Source of the DNA: a virus
Virus record (IMG/VR): IMGVR_UViG_3300020156_000448
Coordinates: 1-64,000 of that record
Length of the DNA stretch: 64,000 bases
Direction: 5' to 3' (one strand)
Both the position numbers and the translations under genes were made by a program. Under the pieces are notes generated by a model. It did not search any database. It was given only the letters and a program-made list of their open reading frames with translations, and was not told the origin of the DNA. Below, piece after piece: positions 46,995 through 56,783 of this stretch (positions within the stretch are counted from its first letter, which is position 1; every line of letters begins with the position of its first letter).

Positions 46995-47417
46995 CTATTT
47001 AGAGCCTCTAACAATACCTTTTTTATCCAAAGCTTCGTTTGCCCAATCTCTAATAGTGCCATTGTTTAAATGATTTACAAGCTCCATTGCATTAAATCGT
47101 TTCATTACAAGTGGAACGTTACACATTAAAGCTTCTCTAAATATGTCGTCCTTCGGCTCGCATCCTGATATAAATACAGCCTTGTGACTCAAACCCATTT
47201 TATGTAATTCGTTATATACATCTATGCCACTTATTCCATTGAGATAGAGATCAATTATATAATAATCTACCAAAGGTTCGAATCTACCATCTTGAACTGT
47301 CTTCAATGCTTCTTGAGCACTGCTTACAAATTCAGTCTCATGACCCAGCGCTTTAAACATTTCGGACAATGTAAAAGCTGTCAGTTCGTGATCATCTATG
47401 ATGCATACTTTTAGCAC
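46995..47417 (-). CDS. Single-domain response regulator (CheY-like)
   Basis: IIDD, IIDLYLNGISG (phospho-acceptor Asp), FISG, MKRF. Confidence 0.9.
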   Translation of the reverse strand: MLKVCIIDDHELTAFTLSEMFKALGHETEFVSSAQEALKTVQDGRFEPLVDYYIIDLYLNGISGIDVYNELHKMGLSHKAVFISGCEPKDDIFREALMCNVPLVMKRFNAMELVNHLNNGTIRDWANEALDKKGIVRGSK

Positions 47418-47430
47418 AATTCACTCTCCA

Positions 47431-48957
47431 TTAATCCTTGTTAATCCTTATACTAAAGACTGTGTTTCCAGGCTCACTACTCTCTAGATTTAGTTCCATA
47501 TTGGCATTAGAAGCAAATACCTTGCTCAAATATAATCCTAAGCCTGTACCTGGAACTTCTCTAAAAGGTCTAAAAAAAGGATTAAACAAACGGTATTGAA
47601 GATTTGATGGGATGCCTCTACCATTATCCCTAACTTGAATTAAGTAATAATCTTCATTCTCTACAACATCAACTACTATCTTGCCTTCCTTTCTACTATA
47701 CGCCTTATCTTTATAGCTTGCAATAGCCTTTCTTGCATTGCTCAGCAAATTGATAACAACCTGTCTTAATATGTTATTTGCAGCAATTGCTCTAATTGAA
47801 GCAGGACCATTATATAATATCTTGATTTGGTTTTCTTTATAATCGGAACTTAGACAATATGTTTTAATAGTTTCCTGTAGTAAAACCGCTAAGTCTACTT
47901 CTTTTGTGTCACCTATTATAGCTTGTATTATATCTTCTTCAGTATTGTAACCCCGAATACTTCCAAAGCTCATAATGTTGCCTACAATTGTTTCAATAGA
48001 ATTTGCCGATTGTTTGATTGCTTGCAGGTATTCTAATTTCTTATCCGCTTCTAGGTCAATCAGTCCTTTGACATTACCTATTAAAAGATCAGCAGCGTTA
48101 TCTATTGCCTGAACTGGTGATCTTGTTTCATGAGTAATGCCAGAGATGAATGAATTAATAGCAGTAATTGTAAACTTTTGCATCTCTAAACCAAGAGTAT
48201 CCTTGAACTCGTTTAATTCTTGAACTGGATTTCTTATGGCTAATCCAGCAATATATATATCTCCTCTATAGCAATTAAAAGGGAATTTGAATACGAGCCA
48301 ACTAACCATGTCTCCTGTAGCATCTGGAACTTCTTCAAACAACTCTACGGGAACGTTTCCCTTAAGCATCATTTTGTCATGTTCTACTAATTCGGCTGCT
48401 ACACTTTTAGGGAATAAATCAAAATCGGTTTTACCAATTACTTCCTCTACTGAACTTCGTGCAAGTTCAGCAAATCTCTTATTGACATAAATGTACTCAC
48501 CTTTGCTATTTTTCATAAAAGCTATTGCTGGACTGTTTTCCATAAAGCTTTCAAACAAAGATTGACTTCTTCTTAATTCAAGATCGGCTTTAACTCGTTG
48601 TGTAATATCTTGGATAAAACGATAATGACCTTGAAAGACCATATCCTCATTATAGCATGCTACAATAACTAGGCGTTTATAATATACTTCACCGTCCTTT
48701 TTGACGCCCTTTAGTTCTAATTCGGTTTTACCATCTTGCAGCATCTTTTCAATAGCGCTATTGGCTTCATTATGACAATCTGGATGAATCGTGGTCGTCC
48801 ATGGCTTACCAATTAACTCATTCATATCATAACCACATATATTCGCGTAGGACATATTCAAGGAAATGTATTCTCCCTCAGCATTAATCAATGCTATTCC
48901 ATCCAATGCGTGCATCATAATATTATTGAATTGATAAAGACCCTCATTCTTATCCAT
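47431..48957 (-). CDS. Cytoplasmic PAS-PAS histidine kinase
   Basis: Two PAS/PAC domains; H box THETRSP; N box NLLSNARKA; DNGRG; FNPFF; GTGLGL. Confidence 0.93.
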   Translation of the reverse strand: MDKNEGLYQFNNIMMHALDGIALINAEGEYISLNMSYANICGYDMNELIGKPWTTTIHPDCHNEANSAIEKMLQDGKTELELKGVKKDGEVYYKRLVIVACYNEDMVFQGHYRFIQDITQRVKADLELRRSQSLFESFMENSPAIAFMKNSKGEYIYVNKRFAELARSSVEEVIGKTDFDLFPKSVAAELVEHDKMMLKGNVPVELFEEVPDATGDMVSWLVFKFPFNCYRGDIYIAGLAIRNPVQELNEFKDTLGLEMQKFTITAINSFISGITHETRSPVQAIDNAADLLIGNVKGLIDLEADKKLEYLQAIKQSANSIETIVGNIMSFGSIRGYNTEEDIIQAIIGDTKEVDLAVLLQETIKTYCLSSDYKENQIKILYNGPASIRAIAANNILRQVVINLLSNARKAIASYKDKAYSRKEGKIVVDVVENEDYYLIQVRDNGRGIPSNLQYRLFNPFFRPFREVPGTGLGLYLSKVFASNANMELNLESSEPGNTVFSIRINKD

Positions 48958-48964
48958 TTTACTC

Positions 48965-49444
48965 TTAGTGTGGTCCTCCTGTATATCCAGTTACGTTTTC
49001 TCCACCAATGATGTCGCTTTCAACGTCTCTGTTGTGAGACCAACTTCCAGGATTACCCTTAGAATAATCTGTTTTAGGATTAAATCTAGGCTGTCTACGT
49101 ATGCGTCCATCATACTTAGGATTACCCTTGCTATGGACTTCTTCTTTTTCTATCTTTCCTGTGCCATCGCAAACTTCGCATTGTGGGTTCATTCCATAGC
49201 AGCGTTTGCATGGCTTTTCTACCTTGATTTTACGGGAGCCATTAGGCTTTGTGCCTTTATCTGTTCCGTGCTCTTCTGTCATAGAGGGTTGAAGTTTTTG
49301 TTTATAGTTAATTACTCTCTCAGTGTCATATTCTGGATCGCTGCCAAAAGTATTATTCTCAGACCAAGGCGTAGCAATGCCTTGCCCATTATATTGAGCT
49401 TCAATTTGGTTTGCTATTATTTGAAATGCTTTTTTAAGACCCAT
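48965..49444 (-). CDS. Protein with DnaJ-type zinc finger
   Basis: CKRCYG...CEVCDGTG. Confidence 0.6.
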   Translation of the reverse strand: MGLKKAFQIIANQIEAQYNGQGIATPWSENNTFGSDPEYDTERVINYKQKLQPSMTEEHGTDKGTKPNGSRKIKVEKPCKRCYGMNPQCEVCDGTGKIEKEEVHSKGNPKYDGRIRRQPRFNPKTDYSKGNPGSWSHNRDVESDIIGGENVTGYTGGPH

Positions 49445-52400
49445 TTATTCCCCCATGAACATAGGCATACGGCTGGTGATATTGTTTTCATAACCAGTAA
49501 GGTTTACCCTATATTTTTCATTATGTCTCAAAAAGTCCATTACAGACATCAAGTTACCGAATTTAATTGGCTTATCTGGTCTATCATAAGCTCTCATCAT
49601 ATAATTTCCAGATTGTTCATCTTGATAAAAATACAACATTCTTCTATGACCTTTATCAATGTTTTCTGGACGCTCTCTGCCAGAGTCCATATCAATCTCA
49701 AATTTGAATTTATAATTCGGGTATTCCTTATCGTGTAATTGGTCCAAATTTTGATGATTATTATTTCCTGGGGTCAACCTACTTGGATCAGCATCAGGAA
49801 TTGGCTCAGGACTAATTGGATATAGAGAATTCATTAGCTGTGCTGATTTAACGCTTGCGTAATAATCTCTCATAGGTTCTGCTGGATTAATATTGCCATG
49901 CATAGAAGATGGATTAGGGGTAAGCACAATGGATTTACGTGGTCGGTCTTTTGGTTGATCTTTAACCTGACCTTTGCCGCCTCCAAGATTAACCTCATTA
50001 GCTTTATCATCAGAATTCCATCTATTTGATCTTGGCTGAGTTTTCATTACAGGATAAATATCTTTAGCAATCTTTCTAAACATAGAAGTCATAGACGCGA
50101 GAGTATTCTTAGATGCTTCTTGCTTAATAAAGCTGGCTGCTTCTTCTTTTGAATTAACTCTTTTTTGCATCTGCGCCCTCACAAGGTTACTAATAAGTGT
50201 GTTCATCCAAGCTCCAGGTTTAATGTCTGGATTTACTTCTTTAACGATATTAAGAATTTCGTTTCCATTTAATAATGGTGTAATTACTTGTTTTCCTTCA
50301 TCTTTAATATTGCGATAGTTAGAGTACAACACCTCTTCAACTGCGCCTTTATCTACAGCAATAGCAGGATTGACCAAGATAGGCAGAATAGACAGAAGCC
50401 AACTACCTGCTGGCTTGCCTGTAATTTCTGCTGCCAGCGCTAATTTCTTCACTATATCGAAAGCTTGATTTCTGCTTGTAATTTTCTGGTCAATTTGCAA
50501 ATCAACAAGCTGTTTGTTTAGTAACCCAATCCATCTCAAATCCTTCGAAATCATGCTTCCAAATAGGGTCATTATTTCATTGCCATTGATAAATGGAGTC
50601 AATCTGCCTTGAATTCTCTGGAGACCGCCATTCTCATCCTGCTGTAAATGCTGTAGTGCAGCAACAAGATAATCATCTGTATTTCCAGGCTCTTTATGAG
50701 CGCGTCTATCAGCCATAGCTAACATAAGAAGATCAAAGATTTCATCATTCATCTTTTTGCCATATGCGCCCTTCATTGTAATCAATAGTCTTCCAAGCTG
50801 CGACTCAAGTTGAGTAGGGTCATTGATGACTTTATCAAGTCCTAGAACCTCATCATGCATTTTTACCAATGTGCTAATATTGGTAATTTCTTCCGTTGAG
50901 AATTTTAAACGCTGCAAATTAGCAAGAGTCTGCTCTGTCGATATTTCAGGGTGCCCAAAGTATCTTCTTTTTGAGACATTGCCTTCGCCATCGAACTCTT
51001 CCTGATAGCCTTTATCACCTTTAAACAATTTGCCTACATCATGAAATAATGCAGCCATATTGAGAGTAAATAACTTTTGAGGGTCTTTCACTCCATGTTG
51101 TTGTACCACTTGCTGCAAATGACTCATAACAGTCATTGTATGATCCCAAATGGATTCGTAGTGGTGTGGGTTCAAATGATCCATATCCCAGTTCTGCTCT
51201 GCCTGAACGGGAAGCTTTAACACAAATTGAAGGAGTCCACATTCCTTCATGAGCTTCAGGCTTTGTGCTGCGTTCGGAAGACTCATAATTTTTCTGAATT
51301 CTTCAGCTACTCTTTCGGCAGAAAGCTTTGGAGTATAATCATATTTCCAAAATTCAGAGTCTAATTCGTCGCCTTTTACGCCAATTAGATGTGGATTTTG
51401 TTTTATATAATCTACAATTGGGCTATCGATTTTAAAATCATGCTGGGCTGCTTGCCTAATTGCACGTAAAATACGAAGCGGGTCATCTTGAAAAATAGTA
51501 TCAATGGCGCTTGGGTCAGTGATTCTGATTGTTTTTTCCTGCACGTCTTGTAGCCCATGTCCTGTTGGATCATGAAGCGCACCCTCTATATCGCCTTGAA
51601 TATATTTATCGAGATCAAGGAACATAGCATTCATGCCAAAATCTCTGCGATTGGCATCCTCTTGAAAATTACCCATCTCTGTTCTTGGTTTGCGGCTTCC
51701 AGGTTCATATCTTTCTGTGCGAGGATATGCAATTTCCACCTCTCCAATTGGAGTAGGGACAGCATAAATACCGAAGGCTTCGCCTCTAGGAATTTGCCTT
51801 CCAAATTGCTTTGCTAATAATAAGCTGGGATTTATCGATGTTTCGAATGGGGCATTAGATATTAGCTGTGGTTTCTTTTTAGAATTATCCATATAATCAA
51901 TATCGGCGGTAATTCTAAAAAACTCTGATCTATAGTCAGATTGTTCTAAATTAAAGCTATTAACACGAACGAGCTTCTTTGCGCCCTCAAGATTATTTTG
52001 TATAAAACTCATTGGATCGCGCTGTGCTTCATCAATGAATGGCTGAATCTGTCTCATGTAAGTCTCAGTATCAGCTACATCCACCATAATATCTAAATCT
52101 TTTGGAGATTTTTTGCCAACCAATAAATCACGAACAAATCCGCCAGTAGCATATGGAACTAGTCCAACGGCACGAGACTTCTCAACAATATCTGATATCA
52201 CCTCCATATACTCTTGAGGAATGCTTATTTGTCTATTGTAAGCCTGTGCAAAATTAAACAGGTATCTTGCAAATGATCCTGTTTTTTTCATGTTTTTTGC
52301 ACCAGCCATCCATACCCAATCAGGTCCATATTCTTGATCCATATCCGCTACAAACCCACCAAGCTCCTCTGCTTCTTCAGGAGTAACTGTGGGTTTTTTA

Positions 52401-55400
52401 TTTGGTAAGCCAACACTCAACGAAAGCTCTTTTTTAGCATAATCAATAATAAAATCATACATAGATTGTGGTATGACATCACTGAAAATTTCATTCTTAC
52501 TATATTCGCTCGCATTTGATAAGGAAGCTGGAGGATCAAACATATACATTAATAAATCTGGCAATGTAAAAATCTGCCTAGGAACATTGGAATTCTTATG
52601 CAAGTATATTGAGATAGAGTCTCGCATACCGCCTTGAACAAATTGATCCACTTTGACTTTAATCCCATTGACCATTTGCTGGAAATCAGGTCTTTTCTGA
52701 ACATTAGATATAAATTCATCCCTAGTATTAGGGAGAGTTAACATCGTATTTTCTTCTGGTGGGATAACCTTGTTTGGAAACGTTACGAGTTTTTTGCCTT
52801 GATCAAACTCTAGCCTTTCCTGAGTTTTAGACTTAAGATACTGCTGCATAAAATATTTAGCAAACATATGCGTTAGATTCTGAATTTGCTGTTCTCTAGG
52901 AACTTTTTTTCCTGATTCAAATACGCTCTGCTCATATTCTACAAGCATCTCTCCCACAGTTTCCATCGCTGCTTCTCTATTCATTCCTTGAAACTCGATA
53001 GGGAAATTTTCGATAAGTTCAGATTTTATTTGCTCATTCATTCCTGCCGTAATTCGTGCATCAAAAGGGAATTGAGAATTGAAGAAAGCATATAACCTTT
53101 GTTTCATATGCTGAAGATTACCGTATTGAAACGCTAAAAGCTCAGTTGGCTCCGTTATCCATCCTCCAGCGGTTTGATAGTTACTGCTATCATCAATACC
53201 CACTCCAGTTAAATGGTGACTAACCTCATGCCATAAAGTATTTTCTTCTGAAAACGAAATGGTTTTGTCTTCTGGCTTAATACCTAAAAATTTCTCAAGA
53301 TTTTCAGCAGCATTTACCATGTCGTTTTCAGTTACGTCGCCTTTGGTAAAAACGAAAATTGTTGGATTGTCAGCGATCCCATATGATGGAGAATAAAACC
53401 CATTCATTTGGTATGGGCTATATCCCGCGTTTGCTAAATCTTCTGCTCCGAAGTGGCTAATAAATTTTTGACTGTCAACTAGATAAATATCCAATTCTTC
53501 AAGCTTGTTCATAGCAATTTCATAAGCTTTCTTATAATTACGTTTCCCATCATCATCGCGCCCAGTAAATACTTCTTCAGTATTATCTGTATATCTTTGT
53601 AGAAATGTTTTACAATACTCCATCAATTCAGGGAAGTCACTTACTTTCTTTTTGACCACGCCATTTTCCGCTGCTAAATATGATTTCATTCCTTCTCGCA
53701 CATCGTTTTTTGCTTTGGCGGTTTGGTGTCTTATTTCAGCACGAAGAGTATTTAAAAACTCTTGATCATTCTCATCTCTAGTTGTAATTGCAGAAATGAC
53801 CTTTAGTGCATCTGTCATATATCTTTTGGTGGTCTCGTAGACTACTTCGGGTGAAAATAACCCTGAACACAAAACAAACCACACCTGAGAGGCTTTTGCC
53901 ATTGAGTCAATAATTTTAGGCGGAAATGCTGCCATGATTTCCATGGTTGCATTAAAATCACTATCTAGTGGTCTGCTCCAATGTGGTGGATTATCAGGAT
54001 CATAATCTTCTTCCTTGGTTGGATTATTGCCACTTATAATCATGGAAGCCAAGAAGCTGCCTGCACTCTGAGTATATTTCCGAATTATAGCATGCTTAGA
54101 CATGTCTATATAAAAATTTTCCACTGCCAAATACTCGCCAGCGGCTTCTCTTGCCTTCGCAGTATCCAACTCTTTATAAAACCACTCTTTAAATGCTTGA
54201 GCTTTTTGCGGACCTGGAGCAAGACTACTATCTATCATTCTAGAGGCGGCAGATGCTTCAATAGCACTAAAAAAATATCTATCGTTTTCGAGTTTGGAAT
54301 CATAAAAGTTAACATAATCTTCGTACATGTTTCCAAAAGGATGAATTTGCCTGTTGTCTTCATCAATTAAAACAAGATTACCCTTGTATTGTTGCGCCTC
54401 TTCAGTGCTCTTGGAGTATCTTTCAATCTCACTTTCAGAGCTAGTAATTGATAGGCTTGCATCCTCTGGATATACTGATACTGTTTCTTTTAATTTTGCA
54501 AGAGTTTCTTCCTTAAAATTTACGCCACAAACAATGAACATTTCCGCTTGGATTGTATTATTGACATCTTTGTAATAATGAGACTTTGTTTCAGGATCGT
54601 GGAATTCTACTAATCCCTGTTGCTTGGCATTAAATAACCCATCTATAATTGAAATTATTTCTTGTGGCGTTTTTGAATAGAAAGGATAGCCTGCGCCTAA
54701 TTTCTCTTCTCCAACTCTTTGAAGTACCTTATGTTCAAAAGAACCATAGTTATATATGGCAGGAAGAATACTAGAATGGAAATCTCGTATTTTTTTATTC
54801 TCTCCCTTGTCACGCTCGCCTATCGGATATCCATCACTGTGCTTATACCCGATTCTCAGAGATTCTGTAAGCTCCATCAGCGCTTCAGGAGTAGGGAAGC
54901 TGAAGACGCGCTGCATTAAATCATATTTGGAATTAGCATCAGTAGAAAATATGGAATTCCATATTTCAGGATGGCGTTGACTCAATTCATCAACCATCCA
55001 TTTTGGATATCTATTAATACTCGAAAATACTCCGATGGCTGACTTGGGAGAAATCTCTAGCGTCATTATGTCTTTATATATATCATCTGTAAGACTATTA
55101 GGTATATCGGTTTTCCATTTTCCATTCCTATACATCTTGGAGGCATCTTCGTCGTGCACTTTAAACAACGACCATAAAGTAAACGCTTCTTGTTCTGGCG
55201 TACCCTTAGTTCTTCCTAGATATTTTTGAGCCAAATCCCAGTAATACCAGCCACCAAGAACATCTCTTTCCATAGCCAAACTTAACTTGTACTGACTAAA
55301 ATAATAATGATTGGGATATTTTTGAAAAAGAATACAGTCTATAACAGTATTTGTATGGGAATCTAAACCGAACTTTGTCACTGTAGATAAAATCTCTGGT

Positions 55401-55522
55401 GGAGCAGTATTTTCATCATACTTCATATACTCTTCTGCATCAAACGACTGAACACCGCGAAAGAAATCATCCGCGCCTGCGAGCATGATCATTTTATTGA
55501 AAATATTATTAGATTTTCCCAT
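49445..55522 (-). CDS. 2025-aa multidomain protein: unknown region + HExxH zincin + CCA-adding enzyme with HD domain + tail
   Basis: HEVSH (~53216-53230); GGFVRD...DLD (~52145); RTERYEPGSRKP loop; RRDF; DDPLR; SAER; HH...DHT; FHDVGK; two PxxNGNEI tail repeats. Confidence 0.88.
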   Translation of the reverse strand: MGKSNNIFNKMIMLAGADDFFRGVQSFDAEEYMKYDENTAPPEILSTVTKFGLDSHTNTVIDCILFQKYPNHYYFSQYKLSLAMERDVLGGWYYWDLAQKYLGRTKGTPEQEAFTLWSLFKVHDEDASKMYRNGKWKTDIPNSLTDDIYKDIMTLEISPKSAIGVFSSINRYPKWMVDELSQRHPEIWNSIFSTDANSKYDLMQRVFSFPTPEALMELTESLRIGYKHSDGYPIGERDKGENKKIRDFHSSILPAIYNYGSFEHKVLQRVGEEKLGAGYPFYSKTPQEIISIIDGLFNAKQQGLVEFHDPETKSHYYKDVNNTIQAEMFIVCGVNFKEETLAKLKETVSVYPEDASLSITSSESEIERYSKSTEEAQQYKGNLVLIDEDNRQIHPFGNMYEDYVNFYDSKLENDRYFFSAIEASAASRMIDSSLAPGPQKAQAFKEWFYKELDTAKAREAAGEYLAVENFYIDMSKHAIIRKYTQSAGSFLASMIISGNNPTKEEDYDPDNPPHWSRPLDSDFNATMEIMAAFPPKIIDSMAKASQVWFVLCSGLFSPEVVYETTKRYMTDALKVISAITTRDENDQEFLNTLRAEIRHQTAKAKNDVREGMKSYLAAENGVVKKKVSDFPELMEYCKTFLQRYTDNTEEVFTGRDDDGKRNYKKAYEIAMNKLEELDIYLVDSQKFISHFGAEDLANAGYSPYQMNGFYSPSYGIADNPTIFVFTKGDVTENDMVNAAENLEKFLGIKPEDKTISFSEENTLWHEVSHHLTGVGIDDSSNYQTAGGWITEPTELLAFQYGNLQHMKQRLYAFFNSQFPFDARITAGMNEQIKSELIENFPIEFQGMNREAAMETVGEMLVEYEQSVFESGKKVPREQQIQNLTHMFAKYFMQQYLKSKTQERLEFDQGKKLVTFPNKVIPPEENTMLTLPNTRDEFISNVQKRPDFQQMVNGIKVKVDQFVQGGMRDSISIYLHKNSNVPRQIFTLPDLLMYMFDPPASLSNASEYSKNEIFSDVIPQSMYDFIIDYAKKELSLSVGLPNKKPTVTPEEAEELGGFVADMDQEYGPDWVWMAGAKNMKKTGSFARYLFNFAQAYNRQISIPQEYMEVISDIVEKSRAVGLVPYATGGFVRDLLVGKKSPKDLDIMVDVADTETYMRQIQPFIDEAQRDPMSFIQNNLEGAKKLVRVNSFNLEQSDYRSEFFRITADIDYMDNSKKKPQLISNAPFETSINPSLLLAKQFGRQIPRGEAFGIYAVPTPIGEVEIAYPRTERYEPGSRKPRTEMGNFQEDANRRDFGMNAMFLDLDKYIQGDIEGALHDPTGHGLQDVQEKTIRITDPSAIDTIFQDDPLRILRAIRQAAQHDFKIDSPIVDYIKQNPHLIGVKGDELDSEFWKYDYTPKLSAERVAEEFRKIMSLPNAAQSLKLMKECGLLQFVLKLPVQAEQNWDMDHLNPHHYESIWDHTMTVMSHLQQVVQQHGVKDPQKLFTLNMAALFHDVGKLFKGDKGYQEEFDGEGNVSKRRYFGHPEISTEQTLANLQRLKFSTEEITNISTLVKMHDEVLGLDKVINDPTQLESQLGRLLITMKGAYGKKMNDEIFDLLMLAMADRRAHKEPGNTDDYLVAALQHLQQDENGGLQRIQGRLTPFINGNEIMTLFGSMISKDLRWIGLLNKQLVDLQIDQKITSRNQAFDIVKKLALAAEITGKPAGSWLLSILPILVNPAIAVDKGAVEEVLYSNYRNIKDEGKQVITPLLNGNEILNIVKEVNPDIKPGAWMNTLISNLVRAQMQKRVNSKEEAASFIKQEASKNTLASMTSMFRKIAKDIYPVMKTQPRSNRWNSDDKANEVNLGGGKGQVKDQPKDRPRKSIVLTPNPSSMHGNINPAEPMRDYYASVKSAQLMNSLYPISPEPIPDADPSRLTPGNNNHQNLDQLHDKEYPNYKFKFEIDMDSGRERPENIDKGHRRMLYFYQDEQSGNYMMRAYDRPDKPIKFGNLMSVMDFLRHNEKYRVNLTGYENNITSRMPMFMGE

Positions 55523-55542
55523 GATGAATAAGTGTACCTCAA

Positions 55543-56205
55543 TTAATTTCCTTGTTCATTGTATACGAATCTTATCTTATTTTTCTTTAAAAGATTCTTG
55601 ATTGGATCAATTGCGATACCAACACTTATTCCTTGTGAGTCGGTGTTTTTAGAGTTAAGCACAGCTACAGCTATGCCTATAACAGCTTGCTTTTCTAGAG
55701 AATATATCAAACCACCAGAATTTCCAGGATTAGTTCTTAAATCCAGCAAGAAATAATTATCACTTTGACCATCTTGTGCCATGTTGGTGTTAGAAACAAT
55801 TCCATAAGAAACTGTATTCTTATAACCCAAAGGGCTTCCTACAGAAACTACTGCTTCTCCCTCTTGGATTGTTCCGCTATTACCAAGATTTAGAAAGTAA
55901 GTATTAACTTGAGAAGGAGCATTAACATATACAATTGCAACATCCATATTAAGATCATAGTCTACAACTTGGGCATAAAATCTCCCGCCATCAGTTGTGT
56001 TTACGACTATGGATTTAATATCAGGATTTGGTTGCTGTGGGGTTATTCCCAAAACATGAGCACATGTAATAACAATTCTAGGGGCGACAAAAAAGCCTGC
56101 CCCTATATCTCCTGCATTTGAAGCCATATGGACTTCAATCATTACACTGGAGCTTTTGATTTGACTTACATAGTCACTCATTTTTTGAGCGGTCTTTAAA
56201 GCCAT
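55543..56205 (-). CDS. Trypsin-like serine protease (HtrA-like, no PDZ)
   Basis: TCAHV, DVA, GSPLG, NPGNSGG catalytic triad motifs. Confidence 0.92.
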   Translation of the reverse strand: MALKTAQKMSDYVSQIKSSSVMIEVHMASNAGDIGAGFFVAPRIVITCAHVLGITPQQPNPDIKSIVVNTTDGGRFYAQVVDYDLNMDVAIVYVNAPSQVNTYFLNLGNSGTIQEGEAVVSVGSPLGYKNTVSYGIVSNTNMAQDGQSDNYFLLDLRTNPGNSGGLIYSLEKQAVIGIAVAVLNSKNTDSQGISVGIAIDPIKNLLKKNKIRFVYNEQGN

Positions 56206-56783
56206 TATCTCTTTCCTTTGGACTTCCTAACTTTCATGGTATCCCATTCGTTTGGAGATTTTTCCTTACGCTTAGAGTCGTTAGTGACTTTGTAAGTAGT
56301 AGGAATTGGGGAGCCGCTATTGTTTTCTAATGAAGAGTTATTAATTTGCTGCATAATTGGACTGTTTTGATCAACAGGTAATGGCTGGGTTTTCCCGTGC
56401 ATTTGCTGTTCAATCGTAGGTGGATCGCCGCCCAAACTTTTACCCTCATCTCCAGGAGCAGGCTCAATAGCCTCATTTGTATCTTTGAATGTAGGCTGAA
56501 AGGTTGTTCTTTCAGTTGTTTCATTAAGAGGCTCGACATTGGGAGCAATAGGAGCAGGATTCTGAGGTTGATTTCTCTGCTTTGGTGGCAAAATGCTCTT
56601 AATATCGTGTTGCGCACTAAGATTTTCTTCAGTGCCTCTCAAGCCATCTGGCTGATTAATATAACCTGGGGTCTTGTCTGGAGTATAAGCAATAGTAATA
56701 TTCTTATCTTTAAGAGTCTTAAAGAATGCCTCTTTAGTCATTCCGATATAATCATCGTCGCCTGATGCGCCTTTAATAAACAT
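56205..56783 (-). CDS. Low-complexity hypothetical (probable virion) protein
   Basis: Pro/Gln/Asn-rich; operonic with protease and TerL. Confidence 0.55.
   Translation of the reverse strand: MFIKGASGDDDYIGMTKEAFFKTLKDKNITIAYTPDKTPGYINQPDGLRGTEENLSAQHDIKSILPPKQRNQPQNPAPIAPNVEPLNETTERTTFQPTFKDTNEAIEPAPGDEGKSLGGDPPTIEQQMHGKTQPLPVDQNSPIMQQINNSSLENNSGSPIPTTYKVTNDSKRKEKSPNEWDTMKVRKSKGKR

Noticed and set aside
48968-49738. 256-aa plus-strand ORF and other antisense ORFs
   Set aside because: They lie antisense to well-supported minus-strand genes and have no recognisable motifs.
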